Assembly (NCBI RefSeq): GCF_030028105.1
Contig: NC_092384.1
Coordinates: 3,639,665-3,703,664 of the forward strand
Direction: 5' to 3'
DNA length: 64,000 nt
Origin: Mobula birostris
Lineage: Eukaryota
Shown here: one piece after another, positions 49,931-63,025 of the stretch
Layout: the number at the start of each line of letters is the position of its first letter
How positions within the stretch are numbered: the stretch's first letter is position 1
The notes under the pieces: generated by a model
Databases searched by the model: none
What the model was told of the DNA's origin: nothing
The model's input: the letters and a program-made list of their open reading frames with translations, nothing else
Translations under genes and position numbers: made by a program

Positions 49931-52479
49931 GTAGATATCATACTCATCGGCATGTTCATTAGTTTTTCAACTTCTTTGGTGCAGTCTAGATCCAAGGAAG
50001 CATATATTACTTTCTGGGTGAAATACGAGTCTCTTTCATGAAATTCAGTGTTCTGTGTCAGTTAAGTTAATTTACGAGTTTCTACATTCTCTTCGTTATT
50101 GCATATCATACTTAACTGGCGAATCATGCGCTTACTATGTTGCATTGGAACTTTGAATATGTGTCGCGAGTCTATGGTTGAAACAGATCGGATATCATTG
50201 AAAAAAATATCAATTGTCCAAATATTGTGAGGAACCTGCAGGAAGACTCATAGTACTGCTAATCATCGAATTTTAAAATAAAATTGTCATACCTTAAGCA
50301 TGTCTCGTTTTCTGTTAACAAAGAAATGTGATATCGTAAAGATGGGTCTGGAGGACCTTACGCTGTTTTTTTTTTCTTTTAATCAAATCCATTAATAAGA
50401 GTATCCAATTATATTTTGTCTCGAAACAGTTCAGTCAGAATGATTACAATCTCGACCCTAAGTGACCTGAGGAAGATATTCCTTGTGGACAGATCAAAAT
50501 GAAAACTCTGCTAAGGATGTAATAAAAATATTATTTTTTTTACCAAATCTGTATTATTAATGTACTGCATATGAAAAAAAAATCATAACCCTGTTTCATT
50601 ATGTACATACTCATTTTATTCTAAATAGGTTTTGCTGGCGTTGGCACTCGGTCGACCTGAATTTGAAATTTCAATTTAGTTGGAGGCACAAGAGATTGCA
50701 TGCACTGAAATCCGGAGTATAAAATTGATAAAGTGAATGGGCTCAGGGAATACAGCATTACCTGGGGGAATGTGAGGGACGGTCGATATTTGAGTCGAGA
50801 TTCGGTATCTGGATTTGTGGCTCCTATGATAGTGGAGCATTTTCTCGATCCAAAATTCGGAGCATTCTTTTCCGACCACAAATAATGAAGACCGACTGAA
50901 CTACCACAGCAAAATGATTGTCACTTTAGTTTTAAGTAAAGCGATTTAGGTTTTAACAAACTCTTCATACGTTCGATGTATTTTCAAAGGAAGTAGACAG
51001 ATGATACATTAGCCATATTGCATTTTCATCCTCATGTTCATTCAGAGAATGTCTCTTCGCATTTGCTGAGAAGTGAACTGTGATGAATCGACAAGCAAGA
51101 GGGTGACAGTTATTACTGGATACAGATGTCATATATTAATGGCATAGTGAATGGATGATGTTTCACGATATACCATATGGAGGCTAAAAATGTCTTCTGT
51201 GTGTTGCGTCCCTTTCGATGAATCTGGACGTACTTTTTTAATCTTAAACTTCAGAGTCTGAGATCTCTGAGGTACGAGGCAACACATATTGAGGCAAAGC
51301 AGGGGTGTAAACAAATTTTATCACCAAACTTGTATGCATCATCAACGATCATATTTACAACGATGCTACTTCTGTCGTCATTTCAGACGTGCTTGTATTC
51401 CCTTAACTTTAGAACATGGAACGTAAAGAAATACAGCAAATGAACCGGTCCTTTGGTCTACCGAATTAATTAACATAGTAATTAAAAATTTAACTGAACC
51501 AATCCCTTCAGGCTACATAATGGCCATATCCCTCCATTTTCGGACATTCGTACACCTACCTAACGGTGCCTTAATCGACTCCATGACCAACTTGGCAGCA
51601 CAGTGTTGTTCAAATTACAGTCATCCGAGCTATATCTATGTGCCTAAGACTTTTCCACAGTACTACTTTTGTCAACGCGGAGTGGTGAGCGCAATTATAA
51701 ACCTGGCTGGAGACATGGATGTTGGGAATAACGAGGATGGTGCACAGCGGGAGCGGTATGGGGCGGGTACCGTGAAGGTGAACAGGGGGTGGCTGTGGTG
51801 CGGAGCAAACACATCCAGCCCCGAGACAGCAGGCAAGGTCAGTTGATTCCAAACATTTTATTCGTTGGTCATTACAAAATAACTCTCTGGTACTTTCCAC
51901 TCCATCACTTTTCCATTCTCACGTCTTCTTTCCACTAGCACGTTCTCACGTTAAGTTCATGTTCTGTAGTATTACACCCTGGCGATGGAAAAATACACAT
52001 ATACACTATCTATGCCGCCTATAATCTTATAAACCTTTCAAGTTTCCCCTCAGCCACTGCCGCCCAAGAGTAAACAACCCACATAGTCAATCTTTCCTGA
52101 AAGCATATGACTTCTATCCCATCTACATCCTTGTAAACCTCTTCTCCACACATCTCAAAATATTTCACATCCCCCATTCATCACGAAGATGAGAACTGAA
52201 TGCAGTTCTTCAGATGCGGTCTACCTAGCGTCTTAGGAGACACAACATACTTTTGCAAATTTTGGACATGATGACTCGATTAATAAGGGCAATAAATTAG
52301 ATGACCCATTTACCATCTTATCAACGAGTGCGGCCATTTTCAGCGGCTATGCGCTTCGGCCTCAATGTGACGCTGCAGATCAACTTTGTTAACGGTCTTC
52401 CTATTAATTTATATATATCCTTTACATCCAATTTTCCAAAGTATAGCAATTTACGATTGGCATCAGCTCAGAAACAGAG

Positions 52480-53060
52480 GAGGGGAAAGAGGAGAGCACT
52501 GTGATAGGGAATTCGCTAACTAGGGGGACCGATAAGAGGTTCTGTGGGAGAGATCGAGAATCCCGTTGCTAGGGTCCGCGATATCGCAGACTGAGTTCTC
52601 GGTATTCTCAGGAGGGATGGTGAGCTGCCAGATGTCGTGGTCCACGTAGGGACTAATAACGTGGATATGAAGAAGGAAGAGGCCTTGCAAAGATAATATA
52701 GAGAGTTAGGTGCAACATTGAAGGACAGGACTTCCAGGGTTCCAATCTCAGGATTGATACCCGTGCCACATGTTAGTGAGGCTAGAAAAAGGAAAATAAT
52801 GCAGTTAAGTACATGACTAAGGAGATGGTGCAGGAGGGAGGGCTTCATGTGTATAGACAGTTAGGCTTTGTTCCTGGGAAGATGGAACCTGTTCCGACGG
52901 GATGGGTTGCACATGAACTGGAGGGGGACTAGCATCCTTGTGGAAAGGTTTGCTAGTGCTGCTCCGGAGGGTTTAAACTAGATTTGCAGCGGAAGGGGAA
53001 CCAAAGTGTTAGGGCAGATAGTGAGGTGGAGGAGGAAATAGGTAATACAAGGTAACAGAA
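52480..53060 (+). mobile_element. CR1 ORF1 (SGNH esterase) fragment
   Basis: VIGNSL.RG...PDVVVHVGTN...ISGLIPVP...DGLHMN, collinear with 53630-54200. Confidence 0.8.
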
Positions 53061-53079
53061 GAGGAGTGGCCAGTGTGTG

Positions 53080-56000
53080 AGTGGTTCAGGGTAGGAGTGG
53101 AGCTTTCAGGCTTTGGCTCGAAATGCTTCGATGCGCCTGCTCCAAGTGAGGTAAGGCCGGGTAAGTTCCTTTAATTAATTTAATTAAATTAGGAGTAGGT
53201 AATGGAGGCAGCAGTTAGGGCAGTCGAGTGCTTCGTATGCAGTATGTGGGAAGTCAGGGACAACACATTTGTCCCTGATGTCCACACCTATAAAAGGTGC
53301 ATTCAGCTGTGGCTCCTGACAAACCGAGTTAGGGAACTGGAGCTGGAGCAGGATGAACTTCGGATTATTCCTGAGGCATAGGTAGAAATAGACAGGAGTT
53401 TCTGGGAGATAGTCATCCCTAAACTCAGGCGGTAGGAAGCAGGGTGACTGTCAGAAGAGGGAAGGGGAATAGACAGAATGAGCAGAGCACCTTTCTGACC
53501 GTTCCCATCTATAATAAGAAAAACGTTTTGGATACTATTGGTGGGGACGACCTACCAGGGACAAGTTGTAGTGGTCACTTCTCTGGCACAGAGACTGGAC
53601 CCTCATCTCAGAAAAGAAAACGGTAAAAGAGGAGAAAAGTAGTGATAGGGGATTAGATAGTTAGGGGGACAGATAAGACCTTCTTTGGGAAAAATCGAGA
53701 ATCCCGGATGTTCTATTGCCAACCCTCCCCCCCCCCCGCCCCCCGATGCCAGGGTCCGCGATATCTCTGCTCAGGTTCTCGGTATTCTCAGGAGGGAGGT
53801 TGAGCAGCCAGATGTCGTGGTCCATGTAGATTCAATTATGTGGATAGGAAGAAGGAGGAGGTCCTGCAAAGACATTATAGGGAGTTTGGTGCAAAGTTGA
53901 AGGACAGGACCGCCAGGCTTGCAATCTCAGGATTGCTACCCGTGCCACTTGCTAATGAGGCTAGAAATAGGAAGAGAATGCAGCAAAATACGTGGCTAAG
54001 GAGATGGTGCAGGAGGGAGGGCTTCATGTTTTTGGATAATTGGGTTTTGTTCCACGGAAGGTGGGACCTGTTCCGACGGGACGTTTTGCACCTGAAATAG
54101 AGGGGGACTAGCATACTTTTGGGTAGGTTTGCTAGTGCTTCTCGGGAGGGATTAAACTAGATTTGCAAGGGAAGGGGATCCAGAGTGTTAGAACAGATAG
54201 TGAGGTGGAGGATGATAAAGGTCATTTGAGGACTGCATGTATGGACAGTAATCAAAGGTTTCTACGTGATAGAAAAGTTATCAGGTGCATGTGTTTTAAT
54301 GCAAGGTGCTTTGCAGATAAGGCAGATGAGCGTAGGGCGTGGATTGACAACTGGGATTACGACATTATTGCTATTAGTGTGACTTGGTTGCTGGAGGGGC
54401 AGGACTAAGAGCTAAATGATCCGTGGTTCCATTGTTTCAGACGTGACGGGAGCGGGGGGAGATGAAATGGTGAGGATTGGCATTACTAGTCAAGGAAAAT
54501 ATCACAGCTGTGCGTAGACAGGACAGCCCCGAGGGCTTGTCTACAGAGGTCATGTGGGTGGAGTTGAGGAACGGAAAAGGTGTGACCACACTAATAGGGT
54601 TGTATTATAGACCGACCAATAGTCAGAGAGATTTGGAGGAGCAAATCTGCAGAGAGATAGCAGACTGATGTAAGAAACAGAAAGTTGTAATATTAGGGGA
54701 TTTCAGATTTCCATATATTGACAGGGACATCCACACTGTGAAAGGGTTAGATAGCGTGAAGTTTGTTAAATGTGTTAGAAAACTTTTCTAAATCAATATT
54801 TAGAGGTACATACAAGAGATAGGATGCAATACTTGATCCGTTATTAGGTAACCAGACAGGTCAGGTGACAGACGTATGTTTAGGCGAACATTTTGGGTCC
54901 AGTGAACATAATATTATTGGTTTCAAGTTAATTATGGATAAGGATAGGTCCGATCCTCGAGTTGAGGGTCTAAATTGGAGAAGGGCAAATTTTGTGCAAT
55001 GAGAAAGGATCTAGGTAGAGTGGATTTGGAAGAGTTGTTTTCTGACAAGGATGTGTTCAGTAAGTGGAAGGTCTTCAAAAGCGGGATTTTGAGAGTGCTG
55101 AGATTGCATGTTCCTGCTAGGATTAAAGGCAAAGTTAACAGGCATAGAGAACCTTGATTTTCAAGGGATATTGGCGATCTGATTAAGAAAGAGAGAGAGC
55201 TGTATAGCAGGTATAGGCAACAAGGAACAAAAGAGGTACTTGAAGAGTATAGAAAATGTAAGAAAATACTAAAGAAGGAAATCAGGAAGGCAAAAAGAAG
55301 ACATGAGGTTGCTTTGGCAGATAATGTGAAGCTAAAGCCGAGGGGTTTCTACAAGTATATTAAGAGTAAAAGGATAGTAAGTGACAAAATTGGTCCCCTA
55401 GAAAATGAGAGTGATCGTTTATGTGTAGAGTCTACGAGATGGGGAGGATCTTAAACAGTTTTTTGCATCAGTATTTACTCAGAAAACTGGCATAACGAAT
55501 ATGGAAGGAAGGGAAACAAGCAGTCGTGTCATAGAACATATAGAGATTAAAGAGGAGGAGGTGATTGCTGCCTTTCAGCGAATAAAGGTAGATAAATACC
55601 CCGGGACTCGCATGATATTTCCTCGGATCTTGAGAGAGACTAGTGTAGAAATTGCAGGGGCCCTAGCACAAATATTTAAAATGTCCTTAGCCACCGGAGT
55701 GATGCCAGAGGATTGGAGGTTAGCTCATGTTGTTCCATAGTTTTTTTTTTAAAAAAAAGCTCCAAAAGTAAACCAGGTAATTACAGGCCGGTAAATCTGA
55801 CATCATTATTGGAAGATGCTCTGAGAGATCGCATATACAAGTACTTGGACAGCCAAGGGCTGATTAAGGATGGTCAGCATGGTTTCGTAGGTGGTAGATC
55901 CTGTTTAACGAAACTTGTAGAGTTTACTGAGGAGGTTACCGAGAAAGTAGTGCTGGGCCTATTGTTGTTAGTTGTCTATATCAATGACCTATATAATAAT

Positions 56001-56970
56001 GTGGTAAATTAGATCAGCAGGTTTTCTTACGACACTAAGATTGGAGGCGTTGTGGCAGCGAGGAAGGCTTTCAAAGCTTGCAGAGGGATCTGGATCAACT
56101 GGAAAAAAAGGGCCGGGAAATGGCAGATGGAATTTATGCAGACAAGTGTGAAGTGTTCTGTTTTGGAAGGACAAATCAAGATTGGACATACACAGTAAAT
56201 GGTAGGGCACTGAGGAGTGCGGAGGAACAAAGTGATCTGGGAGTTCAGGTACATAATTCACTGTAAGTCGCAGGTAGACGTCACAGGCGGCGTCACAGGT
56301 AGACAGGGTTATAAAGAAGGCTTTTGGCATCCTGGCATTCATAAATCAAAGTATTGAGTATAGGAGGTAGGATGTTATGGTGAGGTTGTATAAGACATTG
56401 GTGAGGCCAAATTTGGAGTACTGTGTTCAGTTCTGGTCACCTAACTCTAGGAAGGATATCGGTAAGATTAAAAGAGTGCAGACAGGATTCATTAGGATGT
56501 TGCCGGGTCTTCAGGAGTTGAGTTATAGGAAAAGATTGAAGAGGTTACTACTGATTTTCCTTGGAGCGTAGAAGAATGAGGGGGGGGGGGATTTGATTGA
56601 GGTTTACAAAAATTATAAGGGGTTTAGGTAGGGTAAATGCGGAAAGGCTCCTTCCACTTAGATTAGGAGATATAAATACGTGAGGCCATGGCTTTAGGGT
56701 GAGAGGAGAAAGGTTTAGGGGGAACATTAGGGGCTACTTTTTCATTCAGAGAGTGGTGGGAGTGTGAACAAGCTGCCATCTGACATGGTAAATGTGGGCT
56801 CGCTCTTAAGTTTTAAGATTAAATTGGCCAGGTACGTGGATGGCAGTGGTCTGGAGGGTTATGGACTGTGAGCAGGTCAATACGACTAGCGGATAAAGTT
56901 TCGGCACAGTCGAGAAGGGCCGAATGGCCTGTTTGCTGTGTTGTAGTGTTCTATGGTTCTATGGTCTATG
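53080..56970 (+). mobile_element. Nearly full-length CR1 LINE (5' UTR, ORF1 zinc finger + esterase, ORF2 with internal RT deletion, tail)
   Basis: ATG 53202 MEAAVRAVECFVCSMWEV (CxxC), SGNH motifs, CFNARCF..KADE APE start (~54290), RPNLEYCVQFWSP and a CTATGG tail at ~56950-56970. RT is shortened near 55950. Confidence 0.88.
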
Positions 56971-57699
56971 GACTGAATTCTAATTGCTATCTGTCTTTCG
57001 GTCTGTAACTGATATATAGCCTATGTTTCTTTCGATTGTTACGTACACTGCCTTAAATACTTGAGGGTTATTTGAAATAGGTACCACGTTGTTAACTGAC
57101 AGAACAGAGATTATGTGAGATGGTTTTGTCTGATTTAGATTTGGACTCTCCCGGCAGCGGAGAGGATAGACAACCGGCCCGTCTCCATGGATGTGACGAA
57201 CAACCGTGCGCTCAAGATGGCCATTGCAGTCATAGCCCAGGTGCTTTAAAAGTGGTAAGATATATTGCGCTCAGATGCATCATGCTTACCTTCCATGGGT
57301 AGCTTTGACTGTTGTCGCTGAGTGTCTTCTTTTCTGAGAAAAATATTTTCCGGTGTGACCGGAACTAGCTCTTTATATGTGTGCATATGTTTTCTTACTC
57401 CCTTATTCACCTGCCCCTTGGTAAGTGTATCCTTTCACTGGGGAGGAAACAACAAGTGAAATCAAATTTCTATTGCAGTTTCTAACTAGGCCTTATATAA
57501 TTTCGTCTACTTCAAGTACTCTTCGTATGAAGGCGACAATACTGTTTTTCCTTCTTCTGCTGCTTGTTGGTGAATTTCGTTGTCCTGTGCAGGCCATATT
57601 TAGCCTTAGCAATACCAAATTTATCGTTTTTAATAGTACTTTATTCTGTCCTGCTCGGTGTAACAAAGTGGATGAATTTATGCTTGTTCACACTATATT

Positions 57700-59050
57700 C
57701 ATCTGCCATTTACTCGTACGCTCAGTTAGAGTTTCCAAATCCCCAAAAACCTCCCATGGGATTATCATGAGCACTCACAAATGGCATATGTGGCATCGTC
57801 AGCAAACTACCACTCAAAACAACTTGCTTCAGTGTGTTTTAATTCCCTTCCCCAACACGTGTTTTTTTTTTACTATGGACGTTTAGTCCCTGTATTCTTT
57901 TATCTCTCATTGGGAAGGACGAGGAACTCGCTGTTTCTTTCTGGAACACTGACCCAAAGATTTCCCTTTCAACAAAACTTTGCACCATCTGGCAGTGATT
58001 GTGATTACTCTGAACAAACGTTCCATCAGCTGCCTGTATTTTTAGAAACGAAAGTTGCAGCCACAGACGCAAGTAATTTATGGCGGCATCTTTGTTGACG
58101 ACATGAAACAGGCCCGACTCCAATCTACATTGACATCTCACTTCTACTATTCTTCCACTAGATTGATGGTTGTGTTAATGCCTCTTTTTGCACGCGAGAT
58201 GAGCTCCTGAATTTTATCAATTTTGCTTCCCAATTTACCCACCCTCAAATTTACTTAAGGCGTTTTCAACACTTCTGTCACCTTTCTTGATCTCAATCGA
58301 CATATGCGTCCACCTCAGGAGACATACTATCCAGCGACATCGACGACGATACTGATTCCCACAACTACGTTGACTACATCTTCCACCATGTCCCTCACAA
58401 AGACATCCGTCTTTTATCTCAGTTCTACCAGATATCATGTTGTCCAAATTGTTATTTCTACTCCAGAAGGCATCCGAGATATCCTCCAGTATCAGAAAAA
58501 AGAACAACAACTGTGTCTCGCTCCTAACCAGCGTTTACTGTATTTCCTACAACTGCTTCCAACTGCACACAGATCGGGGACAGTTCCCTTCGTCCTCAGC
58601 TAACATCTCAGCAGCTTACGGACTCAATATATCATCATTGACAAGTTCTGACATCACATTGGTATCTCGCCAACAAACACAGCTTTCTTGTATTCGTTTT
58701 CCGCCGAATCCCTCAGCACTTCTCCTCCTCCGCACGCCCACCTTTGCTATGTAGCTACCAGACATGTAACACCTGCCCTGAACTCTCCCTTAATTACCAT
58801 CTAAGACCTAAGCAATCCTTCCAGATCAAGCAGTCTTACACGATGAATCTTCTGTTTTTTAACTGCATCCGGTGCTGCGTTTTTTGCCGGACGCAAACTG
58901 TGTGCCCGCTTCGCTGACCGTCTTTGCTTTGTCCGGCGTACAAAGCCATTCAATTCCCCACACTGTTCTCACACAGACTGGTCTATCCTCCGATTCTTCC
59001 TCGGATTAATTGCGTTCATTTGAAGAGCATCCCATACATGTGTATTATCC
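57700..59050 (+). mobile_element. Penelope-like element RT/endonuclease remnant
   Basis: FTMDV*SLY (~57870), decayed YIDD-type motif (~58160) and ELLNFINFASQF...VTFLDL (~58200-58295). Confidence 0.7.
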
Positions 59051-59129
59051 CATATTCCATCGATAGAACTGAGACCATTACAGCACAATATAGTAATTTC
59101 AGGTACGACGTCTAACGACCTTTTAACTA

Positions 59130-59880
59130 CTCTGAGAACAATCTAACGCCTGCCCCCTAAAACATTTTCCTATCAGTCATGTACTAAGAGTACAATGAAT
59201 AGCTCTACTATCACCCTGACAGGGCGTTCCAACGACACACGACACTACACGTAAAATACTTACCTCTGACTTTTCTCCGAACAATTTGAATTTATGTCTT
59301 CTTATCGTAATCATTTCTGTCTTGGAGAAGTGTCTCTAACCGTCCACTCTCTGCTTTTAGTCATCGTACAGCACAGTAAATTAATATTTCTCCTCCTCCG
59401 ATCCAAAAGGAAGCGCACTAGCTTACTCAACCTACCCTCATAAGACCAGCACTTCCATTCAGGTAGCATTCTGGTCAATATCCCCTGTAACTACTGGAGA
59501 GTTTCCACATACTTCATATTATAAATTGATCAGAATAGAACACAATATTTTAAGTATGATTTAACCAGAATTATAAAGAGCTGTAGTATTATCTCGCAGC
59601 TCTTAAACTCAATCCCCTGACTAATGAAATGAACAATGCAACGCACTATACGTCTTCCGAACAACCCTACCAACTTTCACTGCAACACTGAGGTGCATAT
59701 GGACGTATAATGTAAGGGCCCTCTGTCCCTTCACACCTTTCATCACTCTGCAGTAAAAAAGCGAATGCTCCCAATATCGCAAGCCTGCTAGAAACTTCCG
59801 CACGGTCCTCCTCACTTTTTAAATGTCGCCTCCACCTCGTTAACACATCCATAACATCGACCTGCATTTACTTGGACAAC
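59130..59880 (-). mobile_element. CR1 3' fragments
   Basis: VAVKVGRVVRKTYSALH (59621-59815 ORF) and the reverse of a CR1 3' coding end. Confidence 0.7.
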
Positions 59881-60916
59881 TACTGGAATCATAATATCGA
59901 CAGTCTGTGGTAACAGACGTGTGCCTGTGCAGTCGGACTACTGCTTAACAATAAACATGACTACATCGCGCGCCATTTGTGGTTATTTTAAGCGTACCGA
60001 TTGCGAGTTTTAAAGATAAGTTAGTCATTGTGCTGTATCTGATATAAGCATCTAGGAGTATCCTCAGTTTAGCAAGATTTTAGTGCATTGAGCTCCGCTA
60101 CACAAACTATTTTACTTCACTATTTAGACTTTACAGAAACGTCTAGATTTCAGTCATCACTGTTTCGTGCGGTATTGCGCTTAAATATGTCAATAACTAT
60201 TATTTGACCTTGGCGAATATTATCCTGCCGTCCCAGGAAGCTGAGGATAGCAGAGAACATCTTAGGGCCTGGAAGGTGAATCGCAAGTGTAATGAGGCCT
60301 CTCGGTCGCCGTGGGAGAATCGAACTGAATGATACTGTATGATTCTGCATGATGCTGTATGATTCCATACTTAAATGACTCTTGTGCAATCTTTAATCTT
60401 CGCATACCTCCCCAATGTCTACACGTACGACCCGGCAAAACAGTTTGGTGAATATTCACTACGCTCATTTAACCTCAAGTATACAGATCAAGGACCGATG
60501 AAAATTCCTGCATTTTTTTTTAACATTGCTCTCATACTAAAGCCCCCGCAAAATCCCAAGATATGTAGTCGTTTACTTTATTTGTGGTTTTAGGGATGTG
60601 TGCACAAAGATACCTGGGTTCAGGTTCAACGAAGGCACAGTTCCCAATCCATTGGTCATCGCCTACCAACATGCCTCTGTATTTTAAGTTTTCGAATTCT
60701 GAGCATGAAGCAACTCCTAATAAATACTTCACATTGTTCGCTATGATAACTGAAATCTAATCGTGTGTTATTTTTACAAACGTCCAAGCTATAAACTGAC
60801 TGAACCCTTCGGAGAATCCAAAGGTTGTTATACCCCATCACACCTCACAGCACACCCCTATCTGCACCACCTAACAGATAATTATAAATAATAAATACTT
60901 AATTTGCATGCTTCTT

Positions 60917-60953
60917 CATCTCTCTTTCCCCCTCCCTCTCCCCCTCTCTCTCC

Positions 60954-61005
<52 letters not shown>

Positions 61006-61012
61006 CTCTCTC
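60917..61012. repeat. Polypyrimidine/(CT)n microsatellite
   Basis: Seen directly, ~0.6 kb upstream of the copy B ATG. Confidence 0.95.
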
Positions 61013-61490
61013 CACCACCCCACTATCTATTTTGCTGTTCTGCTCCGAACGTTAATCTTTGGAATAAAATATCAGAGTCATGCGTTTGAAAGCCCAAAAT
61101 TAGGTGCTTGGGATTCTTCATTTTCGGCTCATTACCTCCACTTAGTTTTTGATAGAGTTTCCTTTTCCTCTATCATTTGCACTCATCCTTTATGCGACAA
61201 CATTTATCTAAAGCTTCTGCGAACTCCTAGGAAGGCAGAGGTAATAGGTTCAATTGTTCTGCCTGTTCCTTTTTACTCTAATGCTGTGACTGCATGTTTT
61301 TTTTGGTTTTTCAAATAGACACTGAAACCACAGCGTTGTATCTTTCCGCCGAGTTACTCTCGCATTCGATTTCCATTTCTCAATGTGTTTCATAACAACT
61401 GAGAAAGCCAATGGAAATTCTGACCTGATTGTAATATCAGATACGTCCAGCCAGCGTGCAACTTTAAACGGTTTTTTTTGTTCGCCGTTG

Positions 61491-61498
61491 TGACGTAA
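61491..61498 (+). promoter_or_regulatory. CRE-like TGACGTAA upstream of copy B leader
   Basis: ~130 bp upstream of ATG 61627, at the position equivalent to TGACGTCA in copy A. Confidence 0.4.
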
Positions 61499-61626
61499 TT
61501 TGAAACAAAGTCATCAGTTGCAACAGCTTTTCCATCAGGCACCCTTAAAGCTTCCTTTCATTGTGTTATTTGACTGAGCCGCTGCCAGACAGTTACCACT
61601 GTTCGATTTTATTGCTTCTGTTCAAA

Positions 61627-61681
61627 ATGCAAAAATTTGATCTGCTGCAGTATTTCTTAGTCCTGCAGATTACCTACACTG
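61627..61681 (+). CDS. NCR3-like: Leader (signal peptide) exon of NKp30/NCR3-like gene copy B
   Basis: MQKFDLLQYFLVLQITYT G|GTATGT. 55 nt, phase 1, splices in frame to 61913. Confidence 0.8.
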
Positions 61682-61912
61682 GTATGTATACGCTTCTCTC
61701 GTTAATACTCATTAACGGAGTGGGGGCAGGGAATATCTTCATGAGGTATGTTTTGCTCAATTTGTAAATCGCAGTTTAGATATTTACAATTGATTTATTT
61801 TAATCACAAGTAAATCGACCTTATTTTCTTTACAGTGACAGTTTATATATTTTTTTTCTGGTCAATAATGCCGATCATTATGCTCTGATAACGAATGTTT
61901 TCATTCTGACAG

Positions 61913-62233
61913 TTGCTGACAGGGCCTCGTTCACAGTGAACCAGATTCCTGAGCAGGTGACGAAGGCAGAGGGTGAAAATGTGTCAATTTACTGCACCTA
62001 CCCAATCTTCGCTCAGAACTCACTGGTGGATGTTTATTGGAGGAAAGGGGAACAAAAACAATTTATAGACGCCACTGCAGACAGAAGGATGAGGATTATA
62101 ACTTCGGAGCAAGGTTCTGCCGAATTCCATATCCTCGGGGTGAGCTTCGGTGACTCTGGAATCTATTATTGCAGTGTGAGTGACTGGACAAGAAAATTTT
62201 CCAATGGCAATGGCACGAGCGTTATTGTACACG
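61913..62233 (+). CDS. NCR3-like: Intact germline-joined VJ-type Ig V exon, NKp30/NCR3-like receptor (gene continues beyond window)
   Basis: ttttcattctgacAG | VADRASFTVNQIPEQVTKAEGENVSIYCTYPIFAQNSLVDVYWRKGEQKQFIDATADRRMRIITSEQGSAEFHILGVSFGDSGIYYCSVSDWTRKFSNGNGTSVIVH G|GTAAAT. Has B-Cys, C-Trp, DSGxYYC and GxGT in one 321-nt phase 1-1 exon. GNGTSVIV resembles NKp30 GNGTRLVV. Orthology not established. Confidence 0.85.
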
Positions 62234-63025
62234 GTAAATCTCACTCGGTGTGTCTTAGACAAATGCAACTATTAAATTTAGCGGAGCGCTTTAGATCTTG
62301 ATAAAGTCGAAAAAGGGACTGCCACTCTACCCACAATAGTATTCTTCCGTTCGGGTTTGCATAACCACTCTTTACCGTTGGTGGAACAGTGTAATCCCCG
62401 AAAGAACATTGTTTTCTCATTTCAAATAACTTTAAGCTCCTTTTTTATCTGGAGATTTAATTCATGGGATGTACATCTGATGAAGCACGTTAAGTCCGTA
62501 GATAGGCAATTATTGAAATAGAATGTTACATGTGTTAACTGAAATTATTTCATCCGATTGTAGACCTGTGAGTTGCAGCTAATGACGTGTCTTTCGTAAG
62601 CTAAGAGTTCAGCGATTACCTGCGGAATATCAAATCGATTCTGGAAAAAGTTCTAATGCTTGGTCAGCATATACAACGAATAACCGCTTCTTGGGTTTCC
62701 AGCCGGGTACAAATATCAATTGTAACCGATGTATCGATTGCATACTCTGCCATTCTTAGAAAAGCCCGAGAAGAGTTTATTTGGAAACTCGAGTCTGTCT
62801 GTCACTTTGCAAATGGAAAAAAAGAATAATGTTTGTTATATGTATTTAAATAATTCGCGAATGGAGAACTTCTAAACAGAATTAACTTCTAATCAGATTC
62901 AGAATCAGTATTAAAATCATCGGCATACGTCGTGAAATTCGGTAACGTACCGGCAGCAGTACAATATAAAGCACAATAAAACGTAACAATATAGGAAAAA
63001 GATAAAATCAGTAAATAATTTAAAG

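Noticed and set aside
50629-50930. Degenerate Ig constant-domain exon (YSITW...DGRY)
   Set aside because: It has an acceptor-like site but multiple stops, no properly spaced Cys pair and no clear donor.
57339-57420. Small exon ending CCTTG|GTAAGT
   Set aside because: The donor is good, but no frame gives a convincing peptide and it has no partner exon.
62180-62420. Rearranging TCR/Ig V segment with RSS
   Set aside because: No CACAGTG-spacer-ACAAAAACC after the YYC. The J-like GNGT is in the same exon and ends at a splice donor.
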